A DNA stretch of 63,892 nucleotides, filler included, from Octopus bimaculoides (Eukaryota), in NCBI RefSeq assembly GCF_001194135.2. It is 6 parts of 6 records of this genome, joined end to end, with 100 filler letters (N's around TTAATTAATTAA, not from the genome) between each part and the next. Parts side by side here need not be neighbours in the genome. Positions count along the whole stretch, not along the records: positions 1 to 17,881 come from NC_069006.1; positions 17,982 to 27,479 come from NC_069009.1; positions 27,580 to 54,002 come from NC_069001.1; 3 more parts are not named here. One strand, 5' to 3'. Positions 15,023 to 27,879 of the stretch are shown here, piece after piece. The notes under the pieces were generated by a model. It saw only the letters and a list, made by a program, of their open reading frames with translations. It did no database searches and was not told the DNA's origin. A program made the position numbers and the translations under genes. Within the stretch, counting starts at the first letter, position 1. Every line of letters begins with the position of its first letter.

Positions 15023-15437
15023 GGCGCAGGGGTAGCTGCGTGGTAAGTAGCTTGCTTACCGACCACACGGTTCTGGGTTCAGTCCCATTGCGTGACACCT
15101 TTGGCAAGTGTCTTCTACTATAGCCTCAGGCCAACCAAATCCTTGTGAGTAGATTNNNNNNNNNNGTGTGTGTGTGTGTGTGTGCGTGTGTGTGTATGTA
15201 TGTATGTATGTGTGTGTGTATGTATATGATTGTATGTCTGTGTTTGTCCCCTCACCATTGCTTGACAACCGATGCTGGTGTGTTTACGTCCCTGTAACTT
15301 AGCAGTTCGGTAAAAGAGACTGATAGAATAAGTACTAGGCTTACAAAGAATAAATCCTGGGGTCGATTTGTTCAACTAAAAAGGCGGTGCTCCAGCATGG
15401 CCACAGTCAAATGACTGAAACAAGTAAAAGAATAAAA

Positions 15438-15441
<4 letters not shown>
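15023..15441 (+). mobile_element. Same SINE family as 6973-7409
   Basis: Colinear head, body and tail; contains a 10-N gap. Confidence 0.85.
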
Positions 15442-15472
<31 letters not shown>

Positions 15473-15756
15473 AGTAGAGTAAGAGCTTGGAATAACTGTC
15501 AAAGGGATAAAAGAATCCATGATATTACCGGTATAATTACCTATGTTAACCCTGGACATACATATGCAAGCATATTATGCTCATAGGTTACAGGTAATGA
15601 CAAAGATAAACATGAGTTTATCAGGAATCTAATTTAAAGTAAACAGAAAATGGAGAAATATTGAACAACAACAACTGACTTGCATCAGTAATTATTTTTT
15701 AATTCACTACAACAGCTGTTAGATGGGACACAGTCTATTTGTATTGNNNNNNNNNN

Positions 15757-15792
<36 letters not shown>

Positions 15793-16799
15793 AATCCCAA
15801 AAAAGAAGAACAAACACAAAAAAACAACAACGCGAGGACGTGGTACATGTAATGTATTAGCAGACACTCAGGGAAGGGAAGAAAGATGGCTTAACGTTTT
15901 GAGCAGATGCTCTTCTTTGGAAACAGAGGAAAGTCCAAAAAAAGGGAAGACGGGGGAAGAAAATCGCCAATGATTCACATGTGGTTTAGAGAATGATTGA
16001 GAGAGAGATTACCAGAGCAAAAGTACACATCTTACATTACTGAGTACTCCCCACACTCATATTGTAAAAGGGATCCTTCCCCTTTGAATGCTTTTGCTAC
16101 AATAGAAATATTACTCTCCCCTGTGCACCCTCTACAGTAATTGGTGAGCAAGAAGATTCAAAGTAGAACTGAGATGTCCTCTAGTCCCATCCCACCAAGG
16201 ATTGGACAACCTCTCTAGTGTTGGTACCATGAAAAATACATTCAGTATTAGTCTATACTGTAAAGTGGATGGCAAACAAGTGAAGATGGCCTAGGATTGT
16301 AAAATATATACAACCTCCCTAGTATTAGTACCACAAGAAAATGTACTTCATATACTGTGTGAAGTTGATGATGATAGGAAGGGCATCCAGTTGTAAAAAG
16401 CAGGCCAAAACAAAATCTAAGCTAGTCTTTGGGAGCAGCAGCTACCCTTAAGAAATGACTCAGATTGTGATAGCCTGTGCAAGACATGCCAGCACAGAAA
16501 GCAGATATAAAATGATATGCACACACACACACACACACACACACATACATACACAGATAAACTAATAGATTCAAATAACATTGCCTAAGAGTCCTAACTA
16601 CTCCCTAATTGCTCTAATTGATTGGTCCATTGGAACCAGTGATATCTGTCACAAAGTATAAGATATGAAAGAAAGATAGAGATTGGAAAGAAAGGAATTA
16701 AAAAGGAAGGAAAGAATAAAAATTCGTATTTCATTAATAAAATTTTTACCATTTAAGCAACATTTCCTTAATGTTGGAATTAAAGAAGGAGAGGGACTG

Positions 16800-17120
16800 A
16801 CTGATAAGGTGGTGTCAATGGTGGTAGTAGTGGTGATAAGATAGATGTTAATGGTGTTGGTAATGGTAGAAGTGGTGATGGTGGTGATAACATTGGTGTT
16901 AGTAGTGTTGGTGATGATGGTGGTGTGTTGCATTGTTATGGTAGGTGGTGATGGTGATATTATTGATTGGTGTTAGTGTGATTGTGTTGTGACGGTGGTA
17001 GTTGAAGTGGTGTGATGTTATAGTGGTGGTGGCAGTGGCGATGGTGGTGGTGTAATGATGGCAGTAATGTCAGTATCAGTATGTTGGAGTTGGTGTGTCA
17101 GCAGTGATGGTGGCAATGAC

Positions 17121-17151
<31 letters not shown>

Positions 17152-17440
17152 ATGTAGGTAGTGATGGTGATGTGATAGTGTTGATGTTGGTGGTGTAATA
17201 GTACTGGCAGTGGTGATGGAGGTGGTGCTGGTGATGTGATAGTACTGGTGGTGGTGGTGGTGGTGTTGGTGANNNNNNNNNNAGTAGTAGTAGTAGTAAT
17301 GTAGGTAGTGATGGTGATGTGATAGTGTTGATGTTGGTGGTGTAATAGTACTGGCAGTGGTGATGGAGGTGGTGCTGGTGATGTGATAGTACTGGTGGTG
17401 GTGGTGGCGGTGGCGGTGGCAGTAGTGGTGGTGGTAGCAA
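16800..17440. repeat. Degenerate (GGT/GAT/AGT)n low-complexity tract
   Basis: Directly visible; partly duplicated across a 10-N gap. Confidence 0.85.
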
Positions 17441-17819
17441 TGTTATGGTGTTTCTCTGTCAGTCAAGACAGTTGCTTGGTTTCAAAGATGATATTCTTGC
17501 AGATTTATTGAAATTCTGTTCACCAATTCTACCAAACTTGGAACCAACTATCATGTTGTTGTTGTTGTCTGGTGGTGTTTGCTTAATGGAATCAGTCCAA
17601 AATCTTCAGCAGAGTCAAAGTTCTCAAACATGACTGGACGGCTGGACTGAATTCTTGTTGTAATATAATCATTACCAAACACTGATAGGATTGATAGATC
17701 AGAGAGAGGGGGAGGTGGGGGAGTGTAAGCCATACACATACTCAGAGACATATAGCAGACACACACACATAACACAAACATGCATACAAAGACACACAGA
17801 CACAGATACATACATACAT

Positions 17820-17881
<62 letters not shown>

Positions 17882-18155
17882 NNNNNNNNNNNNNNNNNNN
17901 NNNNNNNNNNNNNNNNNNNNNNNNNTTAATTAATTAANNNNNNNNNNNNNNNNNNNNNNNNNNNNNNNNNNNNNNNNNNNNGTTTTCGACCCCCTCGAAA
18001 AGAAAAACTCTACATTTGTATTTTGTCCCCTCTGTGTTGAGCCCTGTGTGGCTAATAAAGAAACCTATCTATCTATCTATCTGTCTGTCTAGCTGTCTGT
18101 CTATCTATCTGTCTGTCTAGCTGTCTGTCTATCTATCTGTCTGTCTAGCTGTCTG

Positions 18156-18209
<54 letters not shown>

Positions 18210-18244
18210 CATCTGCCTGTTTATCTATCTCTGTTTGCCTGCCT

Positions 18245-19330
18245 TACCATCAATGGTGCGTCTCCCTGGCACAAAACCAAACTGCATCCCATCCAGACTA
18301 ATTTTATTCCTAATTAGTTGAACTATGACCCTCTCTCTAACTTTCATCACCTGGTCTTACAATTTGATACCTCTGTAATTTTTTTCTGTCTAAGTTGTCA
18401 CCTTTACCTTTGCAGCAATTGACTATCGTGCTGCGGCGACTCCTTCATTTGCAACCTGAATAACTATACAAGTGACTAGATCACAGCCCACACCACCAGA
18501 TATTTTAAGCATCTCTGCAGTGATTCCTGATGGGCCGGGGATTTTTCCCCGTTTTCATATCCTTCATGGCTTTGTCTACCATGCTATTGTCTATTCAGAT
18601 TACTGGATCCTCGTTAAACAGACTGTCCTTCTCCCATGACTTCTCTACATTTAGTGACCTTTCATAGTAACACCTTTGCAGAGTCACTAACTAAAAGTGA
18701 ATCATCATCCATGCGGATACACTTCTCTCCCCCAGCATCATAATTTTTCCCTGGCACATTGTCTTGCAAAACCGAAACACTACTGCAGAACATTGGCAAA
18801 CTTCTTCCCTTCTGCTTCATCCTTAGCTAAGTATACCTGCTTCCTAGCTTCCCTTCTAGCTGCCTGATATAGCTCTTTGCTACTACCACTATTCCAGTCC
18901 TTCCAAGCCTGTTTCTTTGTTCTAATAGCTCTGTCATCTACACCATTCCACCACCATGCTATCCGAGGTCTGTTTGGGATTTTGTACTAGCCACAAATTT
19001 CGTGTGTGGCAACTCAGCAAGTTGTCTTGTATGAACTTCCAATTGTCTTCTATGTTACATGTCTGTAACTCCTCCTCCTCATCTTCAAATGCTTGAGTTA
19101 GGACATCTCTAAATCTCTGCCTATTCAAAGGATCCTTAAGCTTCCAGATCCTTCCTTTTCCAAACTGGCTTGTTTCTTGGAATTCTTTTCTAAAAAAAAA
19201 ATAGACTTTCACCACTTGAAAATAAAAAAAACTAAAAGAAGCAGCACATATGCTAGAACACAGTAACCTCCGAAGCAGACCGAGTGCAGGTATGAGCAGC
19301 ATATGGGAACCAGTATTAGGGAAGGATAGG
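18245..19330 (-). mobile_element. RTE-clade LINE remnant (endonuclease-to-RT linker)
   Basis: Frameshifted pieces such as RIWKLKDPLNRQRFRDVLTQAF and NWKFIQDNLL, followed by a decayed TWWW-like motif. Confidence 0.7.
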
Positions 19331-19377
19331 AGAATATTAGATTTATAAGCCCTAAAATTCACTCCATAATTGCCCAT

Positions 19378-19600
19378 GGGCATATGGCATAGTGGTTAAG
19401 AGCGCGGGCTACTAACTCCAAGATTCCGAGTTCGATTCCAGGCAGTGACCTGAATAATAATAATAATAATGATAATGACATCGAAAAATTCCTTAGGAAT
19501 GAGAACCCAGGTTCGAAATTTCCCCAAGGAAATTCGAAGGCTGGAGGGTATATTAGCCGAAACGTTGTGTTAACAACAAACAAGATGAGGACATGTCAAA
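19378..19600 (+). mobile_element. tRNA-headed SINE-like element with a hammerhead-like 3' part
   Basis: TGGCATAGTGG (A box), GTTCGATTCC (B box), (AAT)n spacer, then GAA-GGCTG-GAGGGTATAT-TAGCC-GAAA-CGTT. Sits at the edge of an RTE remnant. Confidence 0.6.
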
Positions 19601-20352
19601 TGTAAATAATTCCTCATCTCTTAAATATAGAACTGTAGTATCCAGTATTGTTTGATTAATTAAGCTAACCAATTAGTGAAAGGTCAGTCCTGATCAAACA
19701 GTTCTACCACAAAAAATGTTCCAGCCATGACCATCCCCTCTTTTGTTAAGACATTGTGTATCTAGGACTAAATTATCTCGTGTAGTACAGTAGTTAGTAT
19801 TAATGGGTATAGTTGTTGTTTTAACCCCGAGTCAGTCACGGTCCATCAAACCTATAATCAAAGGTATTCCAGTCTTTACCTTTTAGTTTTTCATATAGCC
19901 ATAGTCTAGCTCGGCTTACATGATTAAACATGTCCATTTTAAAAAGAGAATATGTTGCGTGTGACTTGAAGATTTGGTTGTTATTTCCAGATCAAAACAC
20001 CACACAAATGCATTCACTGCTCGTATTGTAGTTTGGGATCCTTGCTCTTGTTCTTTCTCTTTCTTTCTCTCCTCCTTCCAGTTTATTTTCTCCTCTCTCT
20101 CTCTCTCTCTCTCTCTGTTCTTCTCTAACCCTTTCTATATATCTCTCTCTATCTCTTCCGTTCTTTCTCTCTCTTGGACATTTTCTCAATATTTCTCTAT
20201 TTCTCCTTACACACTCTTTTTCTTCCACTCCATATCTGTGTCCCTCTCTCTCTGTCCATCTCTATCTGTCTCTGTCTCTCTCCCTCCCTCTGTCTTTCTC
20301 TCTTGCTTGCTCTCTTCTTATCACTTCATCTCCTTCCTCCTCTGTCTGTTTG

Positions 20353-20385
<33 letters not shown>

Positions 20386-22059
20386 GTCTCTGAGTTTTTT
20401 CATATCTCTCCATCTTTCTCTCTCTACTCCTCCTCTCCTTAAACCACCATCTCAAGAAAAGCCATTATCAAATCCACCCCACCCCCACACCATGGCACCC
20501 TACCCTCCATGTCCCTGACCTTTCAAATGCCACNNNNNNNNNNNNNNNNNNNNNNNNNNNNNNNNNNNNNNNNNNNNNNNNNNNNNNNNNNNNNNNNNNN
20601 NNNNNNNNNNNNNNNNNNNNNNNNNNNNNNNNNNNNNNNNNNNNNNNNNNNNNNNNNNNNNNNNNNNNNNNNNNNNNNNNNNNNNNNNNNNNNNNNNNNN
20701 NNNNNNNNNNNNNNNNNNNNNNNNNNNNNNNNNNNNNNNNNNNNNNNNNNNNNNNNNNNNNNNNNNNNNNNNNNNNNNNNNNNNNNNNNNNNNNNNNNNN
20801 NNNNNNNNNNNNNNNNNNNNNNNNNNNNNNNNNNNNNNNNNNNNNNNNNNNNNNNNNNNNNNNNNNNNNNNNNNNNNNNNNNNNNNNNNNNNNNNNNNNN
20901 NNNNNNNNNNNNNNNNNNNNNNNNNNNNNNNNNNNNNNNNNNNNNNNNNNNNNNNNNNNNNNNNNNNNNNNNNNNNNNNNNNNNNNNNNNNNNNNNNNNN
21001 NNNNNNNNNNNNNNNNNNNNNNNNNNNNNNNNNNNNNNNNNNNNNNNNNNNNNNNNNNNNNNNNNNNNNNNNNNNNNNNNNNNNNNNNNNNNNNNNNNNN
21101 NNNNNNNNNNNNNNNNNNNNNNNNNNNNNNNNNNNNNNNNNNNNNNNNNNNNNNNNNNNNNNNNNNNNNNNNNNNNNNNNNNNNNNNNNNNNNNNNNNNN
21201 NNNNNNNNNNNNNNNNNNNNNNNNNNNNNNNNNNNNNNNNNNNNNNNNNNNNNNNNNNNNNNNNNNNNNNNNNNNNNNNNNNNNNNNNNNNNNNNNNNNN
21301 NNNNNNNNNNNNNNNNNNNNNNNNNNNNNNNNNNNNNNNNNNNNNNNNNNNNNNNNNNNNNNNNNNNNNNNNNNNNNNNNNNNNNNNNNNNNNNNNNNNN
21401 NNNNNNNNNNNNNNNNNNNNNNNNNNNNNNNNNNNNNNNNNNNNNNNNNNNNNNNNNNNNNNNNNNNNNATATATATATATATATATAATATTAATAATA
21501 TATAAATATGCATATATCCCTACATATATGTACAAACCTACATATATATGTATTTAAATTTAATAATAGGATGAATTCTTTTATAAGAATTTATCAAGTA
21601 GCTAGCGTGGAAAAAACCTCATAAAGGACAAAAATCCATCGTTTATTCCCCAAAATATATCTATTTATATAAGGGCGTTACTATACAAGAATGCCTCACG
21701 CTAAGAGGGACTCTAAGGTCAAACTACCGTTATCAACACATTTTTACCGAACACGAGGAAATGCAGCTCTCAAAGCTAGACCCTTAAATGCGTGAGGCAT
21801 TCTTGTATAGTAATGCCCTTATATAAATAAATACATATATATGTATATATATATATATACATGCATATATGGGTACAGGATATCAAAAAAACATTAAACA
21901 CAATGAGAAACGAAAACATAAAAACGAAAATATAGAAAACGAACTTTTTTCGAACAACGAAAAAGACAAACAGAAATAGACGTGCAACATAGAGAGTATA
22001 ACCCTTCGTCAGTTGTCCCTGTTCCATTTACTCTGCATTTCGAAGGCAGAAAATCAACA

Positions 22060-22480
22060 TACTCAAAGCAGACTTAGGATAATGAACAACGTGTCTCCAC
22101 TATGCAAACCCTATGAAACAAAGAAACATGTACAGAGCTTCATGCACCACATGCAATTCTCTGGATATTATCAGGAAGATAGGGTTTGGTATACGGAGGA
22201 GCTAGAAAGAAATTAGATAGCATTATATGTAATGAAACCAGTGGTACCTGCCCCAGATATAGAAGTAAAGACTGGAATAGGATACAGAGAGTTTGTGACG
22301 AAGCAAACAGGGTGAACATGTGGTACAAGATTGACGAATATCCAGGAGTGACGAATATCCAGGAGTGATGTTTGTAGAGGCCACAGCCCATGGAGAACTA
22401 GCCTGAAGATTTAAGAAAGCTCTGAAGGAGGCCAGACTCAACATTAAGATCGTTGAAAAGCCAGGGGCTCCATCAGGTCA
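22060..22480 (+). mobile_element. Degraded coding remnant of a second Penelope-like lineage (thumb/linker region)
   Basis: Fragments HMQFSGY, TCPRYRSKDWNR, WYKIDEYPGVMFVEATAHGELA*RFKKALKEARLNIKIVEKPG resemble PLE post-RT linkers (recalled). Contains a 17-bp tandem duplication TGACGAATATCCAGGAG. Confidence 0.5.
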
Positions 22481-23039
22481 CAACTGTGTTGGACGTACCT
22501 CTTTGAGAATACTACATGCATCAATGATATAACTAACAATGATAACCTACCCTATAGTAAGAATTCAAATAAAGTAGCCCTGAAAAGGGCTTTAATGCAT
22601 TTCCAGAGTCTATAGAAGTTAGGAGGAAATACTAATAAGTTATGTATACTAAAATCGTGAAGCATGTTAGTAATAACAGGCTAATCAGATGTGAGATAAT
22701 TACATTTCAAAGTAAATAACTCTGAAAAGGGTTTTTGTGTGCACCCAGAGAATATAATCCTCAGGGGCGCTAGAGTTGAAATAGATTTACAATGAATGTA
22801 GAAACAAACTGACATTTAGTTTTACAGTAGACATACAAATAAATTTGCATATAGATTTAAAAATAAAATAACGTGTAGATTATTGATACATTTACAACAC
22901 TTAAAAATATTACAGTTAAATAATAAATACCTGATGATTTGGTGAATCTTATTCAATTTGCAAAGCTTCTTGATAAACAACATTTTTATACTTTCCTTGT
23001 GGGGCATAAATAAACAAATGATTAGGATTGCCGACTCTT

Positions 23040-23830
23040 GAGCATCCCACTTAAAGTTAACCTTGGAAGAAAACTGGTTCCGCAAAATTCAGACCTACCA
23101 CATCCAAGGACTGTCCCTGGGCCTTGTTAATGCTCATTACAAAGCTCAGTCTCAACAGGAATTGCAGGCACTTGTACTGGAAAGGCATATCCAAAGGAAA
23201 AAGTGGAATTCTAGGAATGAATACAGGCTCACCGCTTGCTTTACGAGTCAAAATTGTTGTCTCCAAGACTGTTGGCATCATTTGCTTTATTATAAGTCGT
23301 GGTGCCATTGCAAAACTTTGGTGGATCGAGGTTTCGAAGCAGCATAACTGGTGCTCCAATCTTGAGGTGGGAGGCCGGGTGGTATTAGACGATTCAAGAA
23401 TTCAACTGGATAATTCACAGCTTCATCGATGTTGAGTACAGCGTCAATGGAATTGTAGATGTGACGCTCACCTGGCAACTGTTCCAGAAGTTTAAAGTTC
23501 AAATCAACAACTTCCACATTCTTTGGAACTAAAATGGCACAAGTTTTCAGGCAGATGTGATATGTAAACTGGTTTCTCAAGTTAGGAAACACCTTATTCA
23601 TTAGTTCCTTTAAATCAGATACCAAATGTCCAGAAGGCACGCTCACCTGGCCATACTTCTCGCCAACCGAAGTGCTATTACTGATGTCCAATAGTTTCTT
23701 TGAAAAGGTTCTGCCTGCATTATCACCACTGAGCTGCACTTTCATGTTGGTTGTGAGTCTTAGCTTTTGCACACTGCTTCATAAGTAGGATGACTTTATG
23801 TTGGCAATTACTTCATCACCTCGATGGCAG
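23040..23830 (-). mobile_element. Helitron Pif1-like helicase C-terminal remnant (frameshifted)
   Basis: KLRLTTNMKVQL, AILVPKN, LNRLIPPGLP, FIPRIPL...LRLSFVMSINKAQGQSL are typical Helitron helicase motifs. Confidence 0.85.
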
Positions 23831-24601
23831 TTACTCAGAAGTAAATGCTGGCATTTACTTCATCACCTCAGTGTGACAATTTTTTTCTCGTGTTTTTTTG
23901 AGTGCATTCAATCTATCTGACCTCCAGTTGCACCACAAACCACTTATTTCCGGAAAAGAAAGCAGGTAGTGGTAGGGACCTCGGAGTTTCCCACCAATAG
24001 AGTTTTGTTACACAGGTTTTTGTTTTTCTTTTCCAGTTTGTTTTACATACTTTCAACAAATGTGACATCGAAATCACGCATAAACAGATCCTTCCCCCAG
24101 AAAAGGAAAGATTTGGCTTCAAGAAAATGTTATTGTTTCAATCCAAATGAAAATAAATATTACATGTTAACACACATGGGGTATAATACTGTTACCTTGT
24201 AAAATTTGATTTGATGGAGCTATTTGAGAATGCATAGGGAACAGACAGACAAAGAATTATATATATATATGAGCGTGGCCGTTGCCAGTACCGCCTGACT
24301 GGCTCCCGTAGGATTTTCGAGTGAGATCGTTGCCAGTGCCCCTGGACTGGCTTGTGCGGGTAGCACATAAAAGACACCATTTCGAGCGTGGGCGTTTTCG
24401 TGCGGGTGACACGTAAAAGCACCCACTACACTCTCTGAGTGGTTGGCGTTAGGAAGGGCATCCAGCTGTAGAAACTCTGCCAAATTAGATTGGAGCCTGG
24501 TGTTGCCATCCGGTTTCACCAGTCCTCAGTCAAATCGTCCAACCCATGCTAGCATGGAAAGCGGACGTTAAACGATATATATATATATATATATATATAT
24601 A

Positions 24602-24880
24602 TTGATAGAAAAGGTAAGACAACAAAAGAAAGAAAGAGACCTCAATATTATGTAAATAGAGGAATTTATCTGTAAATAATATGTGACAATTATTCGGCAG
24701 CCATGATAAAACTCCGAGTTTCGGATGCCGGGGTGGGAGCCCACGCCAACATCTCTTCAGTTAACCGGCCATTGAAAATTCCTGTGAAAAATGACCGTTA
24801 AACAAAGGGAAATTACTGTGTGATTGACCGTCATTAAGACAAAAGAGCTAATAGACCGCTAAGTAAGGGGAGGGGGTAAA
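24602..24880 (-). mobile_element. Solo or non-autonomous Penelope-like pseudo-LTR fragment next to (TA)n
   Basis: About 130 bp similar to the pseudo-LTR of the 32953-35035 element; adjoins the (TA)n run that ends at 24601. Outer boundaries approximate. Confidence 0.6.
24705..24765 (-). ncRNA. Type I hammerhead ribozyme-like motif (copy B) in a related pseudo-LTR fragment
   Basis: Minus strand reads GTTAA-CTGAAGA-GATGTTGGCGTGGG-CT-CCCACCCCGGCATC-C-GAAA-CTCGGAG-TT-TTATC. It shares flanking sequence (GAAAAATGACCGTTAAAC...AAAGGGAAATT on +) with 33032-33115. Confidence 0.7.
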
Positions 24881-25224
24881 AGTAATTGAGTAAAGAAGTC
24901 TTAACCACACAGTCATGTCTTTGTTTATGTAACAGAACCCTTCCCATTTCTTTTCGATGGTGTTTTGGTTTCAGTCCATCACCTCAGCTTTCCATGCTGG
25001 CATGGGTTGGATGGTTTGACATGGAGCTGGATAGTTGGGAGCTTTTGGACTCTAGCTGTCTGTTTTTGCATGGTTTCTATAGCTGGATCCCCTTCCTAAT
25101 GCCAACCACTTAACCAAGTGTACCGGGTGCTTTTTACGTGTCATTGTCCGTTATGGGTGTGTTAACACAGCACTGGCACAGGTGTTTTTGAAGTGGCACC
25201 ACTTAAATAATTAATAATATTGTT

Positions 25225-25256
<32 letters not shown>

Positions 25257-25370
25257 TCAAATGAGTATATGGATGTATATTAATATATATGCATGTGTAT
25301 TTATTCATGTGTATATACATACATATATACATTTATATGTGTGTGGGTATGTGTATATATGTATCATTGT

Positions 25371-25758
25371 GTGGAGGCACAATGGCTCAGTGGTAAGGGC
25401 AGCGGACTCGCGGTCATAGGATCGCGGTTTCGATTCCCAGACTGGGTGTTGTCAGTGTTTATTGAGCGAAAAACACCCAAAGCTCCACGAGGCTCTGGCA
25501 GGGGATGATGGAGAACCCTGCTGTACTCTTTCACCACAACTTTCTCTCACTCTTACTTCCTGTTTCTGTTGTGCCTGTAATTCAGAGGGTCAGCCTTGTC
25601 ACACTGTGTCACGCTGAATATCTCCGAGAACTACGTTAAGGGTACACGTGTCTGTGGAGTGCTCAACCACTTGCACGTTAATTTCAGGAGCAGGCTGTTC
25701 CGTTGATCGGATCGACTGGAACCCTCGACGTCGTAAGCGACGGAGTGCCAACAACAAC
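25371..25758 (+). mobile_element. tRNA-derived SINE (Arg-like head), copy 1
   Basis: A-box-like TGGCTCAGTGG, B-box-like GTTTCGATTCCC, (CAA)n tail. Highly similar to 30479-30863. Confidence 0.85.
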
Positions 25759-26187
25759 ATATATATGTTTATATGTATTTATGTGTATTTGGGTGTGTGT
25801 ATAAATATGTATGATTTACACTATAATCTGATGGTCATGAAAAATAATCTAGTGGATGAATGTTTACTGAGGGCTCTGTAAACTATGTATAACGGAACAG
25901 TAAGAAAGAAGACATTCAACAATGAATACACTATACATACATACATACATACATACATATGAATGGTGAGGAGTGGTCATACACACACACACATGCGTAT
26001 ATATAAATAAAGATGTTTATGTATATGTATATATTAAAATGTATATACAGATGTATATAAATATCTGTATGCGTGTATATTTGTGTAAATACATATGCAT
26101 GCATGCACACACACACACATAATTGTATATGCAGATGTATGTATATGTGTGTGTGTGTATGTGTATATATATATATATATATATGTG

Positions 26188-26260
<73 letters not shown>

Positions 26261-27596
26261 GCATACATTTAAATTTGTCAGAACTGTCCACTAGATGGTG
26301 AATCAACACACACAGACACACACATACACACACTATTTATACACACACATACATATTTGTATTTGTTCTCTCAAGGGTTTCACTAACCTACCCACTGCAA
26401 CCACCACCACCACCACCACCCAACAACAACAACAACAGCTGCTGCACGGCACCAAAAAATCATTCCATCACAGAAACAGAAGAATATGTAATTTTCTATC
26501 TATAGAATTAATTAACCGTAATTCTCTCGAAGATTTTGAAAATCTCTGAATCATCAAATCGTCATCATTATTATTATTATTGTTGTTGTTGTTGTTGTTT
26601 TCTTTTGTGCTTTTTTTTTTGGTATTTTTTTATCACTCCTAAGATTTTTCTGAAAGTAAAAGAAAATTTAAAAAAAAAACATAAAAAAAGCAAAAAAAAA
26701 AAAAAAAATGAAAAGTAAAAATAAAATGCTTGTACATAAATATAAACAAACACACTTCAAGAAAACAAAAACTATCGAAAAATCGAAAATTAAAATTAAA
26801 ATGGCGAAAATGAAGCAAAACAACAACAACCACAACAACAACAACAATAAGTACAAAAACAAAAGACTTAAAAGTAGAAGCAGCAACAACAATAATAAAG
26901 TTAATTTATAAAAATAAAGTGGAATAATGATGAAAAAATTAGATGAAAATGTAAAAAAAAAAAAAAAAAAAAACATAATAAAGGAAAAAACTGCAAATGT
27001 TTTCGTAAATTTTTTGGAAAGGAAAAAGGGTTTTGTTTTTTTCTGCTGAGTAAGATTTTTCTAGATCATGATAATAATAGTAATAATAATAATAATAATC
27101 ATCGTTTAACGTCCGCCTTCCATGCTAGCATGGGTTGGACGATTTGACTGAGGTCTGGTGAAACCAGATGGCTACACCAGGCTCCAATCTGATCTGGCAG
27201 AGTTTCTACAGCTGGATGCCCTTCCTAACGCCAACCACTCCGAGAGTGTAGAGGGTGCTTTTATGTGCCAGAAATTTAGAAACAACATGCTGTACTGTTT
27301 GGCATTCATGCCAGAAACTCCAATATGAACATTTCAGAGTGTTTGAAATAATTTAACAAAAAACTATATAAATTAATAAAGGACTGAACCAGTGCGTGTG
27401 TTTATTACCGGCATAATGCCTCTCCCAAGGTTTAATTATATATTTATATATATATGCACATACATGTGTGTGTGTATAGNNNNNNNNNNNNNNNNNNNNN
27501 NNNNNNNNNNNNNNNNNNNNNNNTTAATTAATTAANNNNNNNNNNNNNNNNNNNNNNNNNNNNNNNNNNNNNNNNNNNNTATATATGTATATATAT

Positions 27597-27879
27597 TGTG
27601 GTGCGATGGAGGAAGAAGACAACAAGAAGCAAAAGGACAGAATGAAGCGTTGGACCTTACCTTGCCGACCGCAGCGGGGTACACGATCGCTCCTAATCAG
27701 AACACGTCTTTCTCGTAACGTCGCTGTTTTCTCATTGTCCCCACGTGCTAGCCTTCGACCGCGTGTCGCCGACTTCCAATCTGACCCTTCCGGTTTGGCC
27801 CTTCCGGTCTGGCTTCACCTATGTTTGCCTCACCCCTCTCCACCACAACACATAGCTCGTCACAGCCCATAACACCACA
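27597..27879. mobile_element. Putative solo LTR inserted in (TA)n
   Basis: 283-bp CpG-rich block bounded by the 7-bp inverted termini TGTGGTG and CACCACA (TG...CA), with TA repeats on both sides; TSD cannot be resolved. Confidence 0.5.

Noticed and set aside
17127-17400. Tandem duplication of about 120-145 bp in the GGT/AGT tract
   Set aside because: Also straddles a 10-N gap; probably an assembly overlap.
17927-17938. TTAATTAATTAA islands inside N runs (also near 27524, 54047, 57510 and 62471)
   Set aside because: The same 12-mer with stops in all six frames sits between N blocks each time. It is a scaffolding gap marker, not biology.
19378-19450. Functional tRNA genes at SINE heads (also 25371 and 30479)
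   Set aside because: Acceptor and anticodon stems do not pair properly and the sequences continue into repeat bodies.
22000-22047. Permuted (type II-like) hammerhead: CCTTC-GAAA...CTGACGA-AGGG on the minus strand
   Set aside because: No stem III, NUH triplet or stem I could be built between the two boxes.
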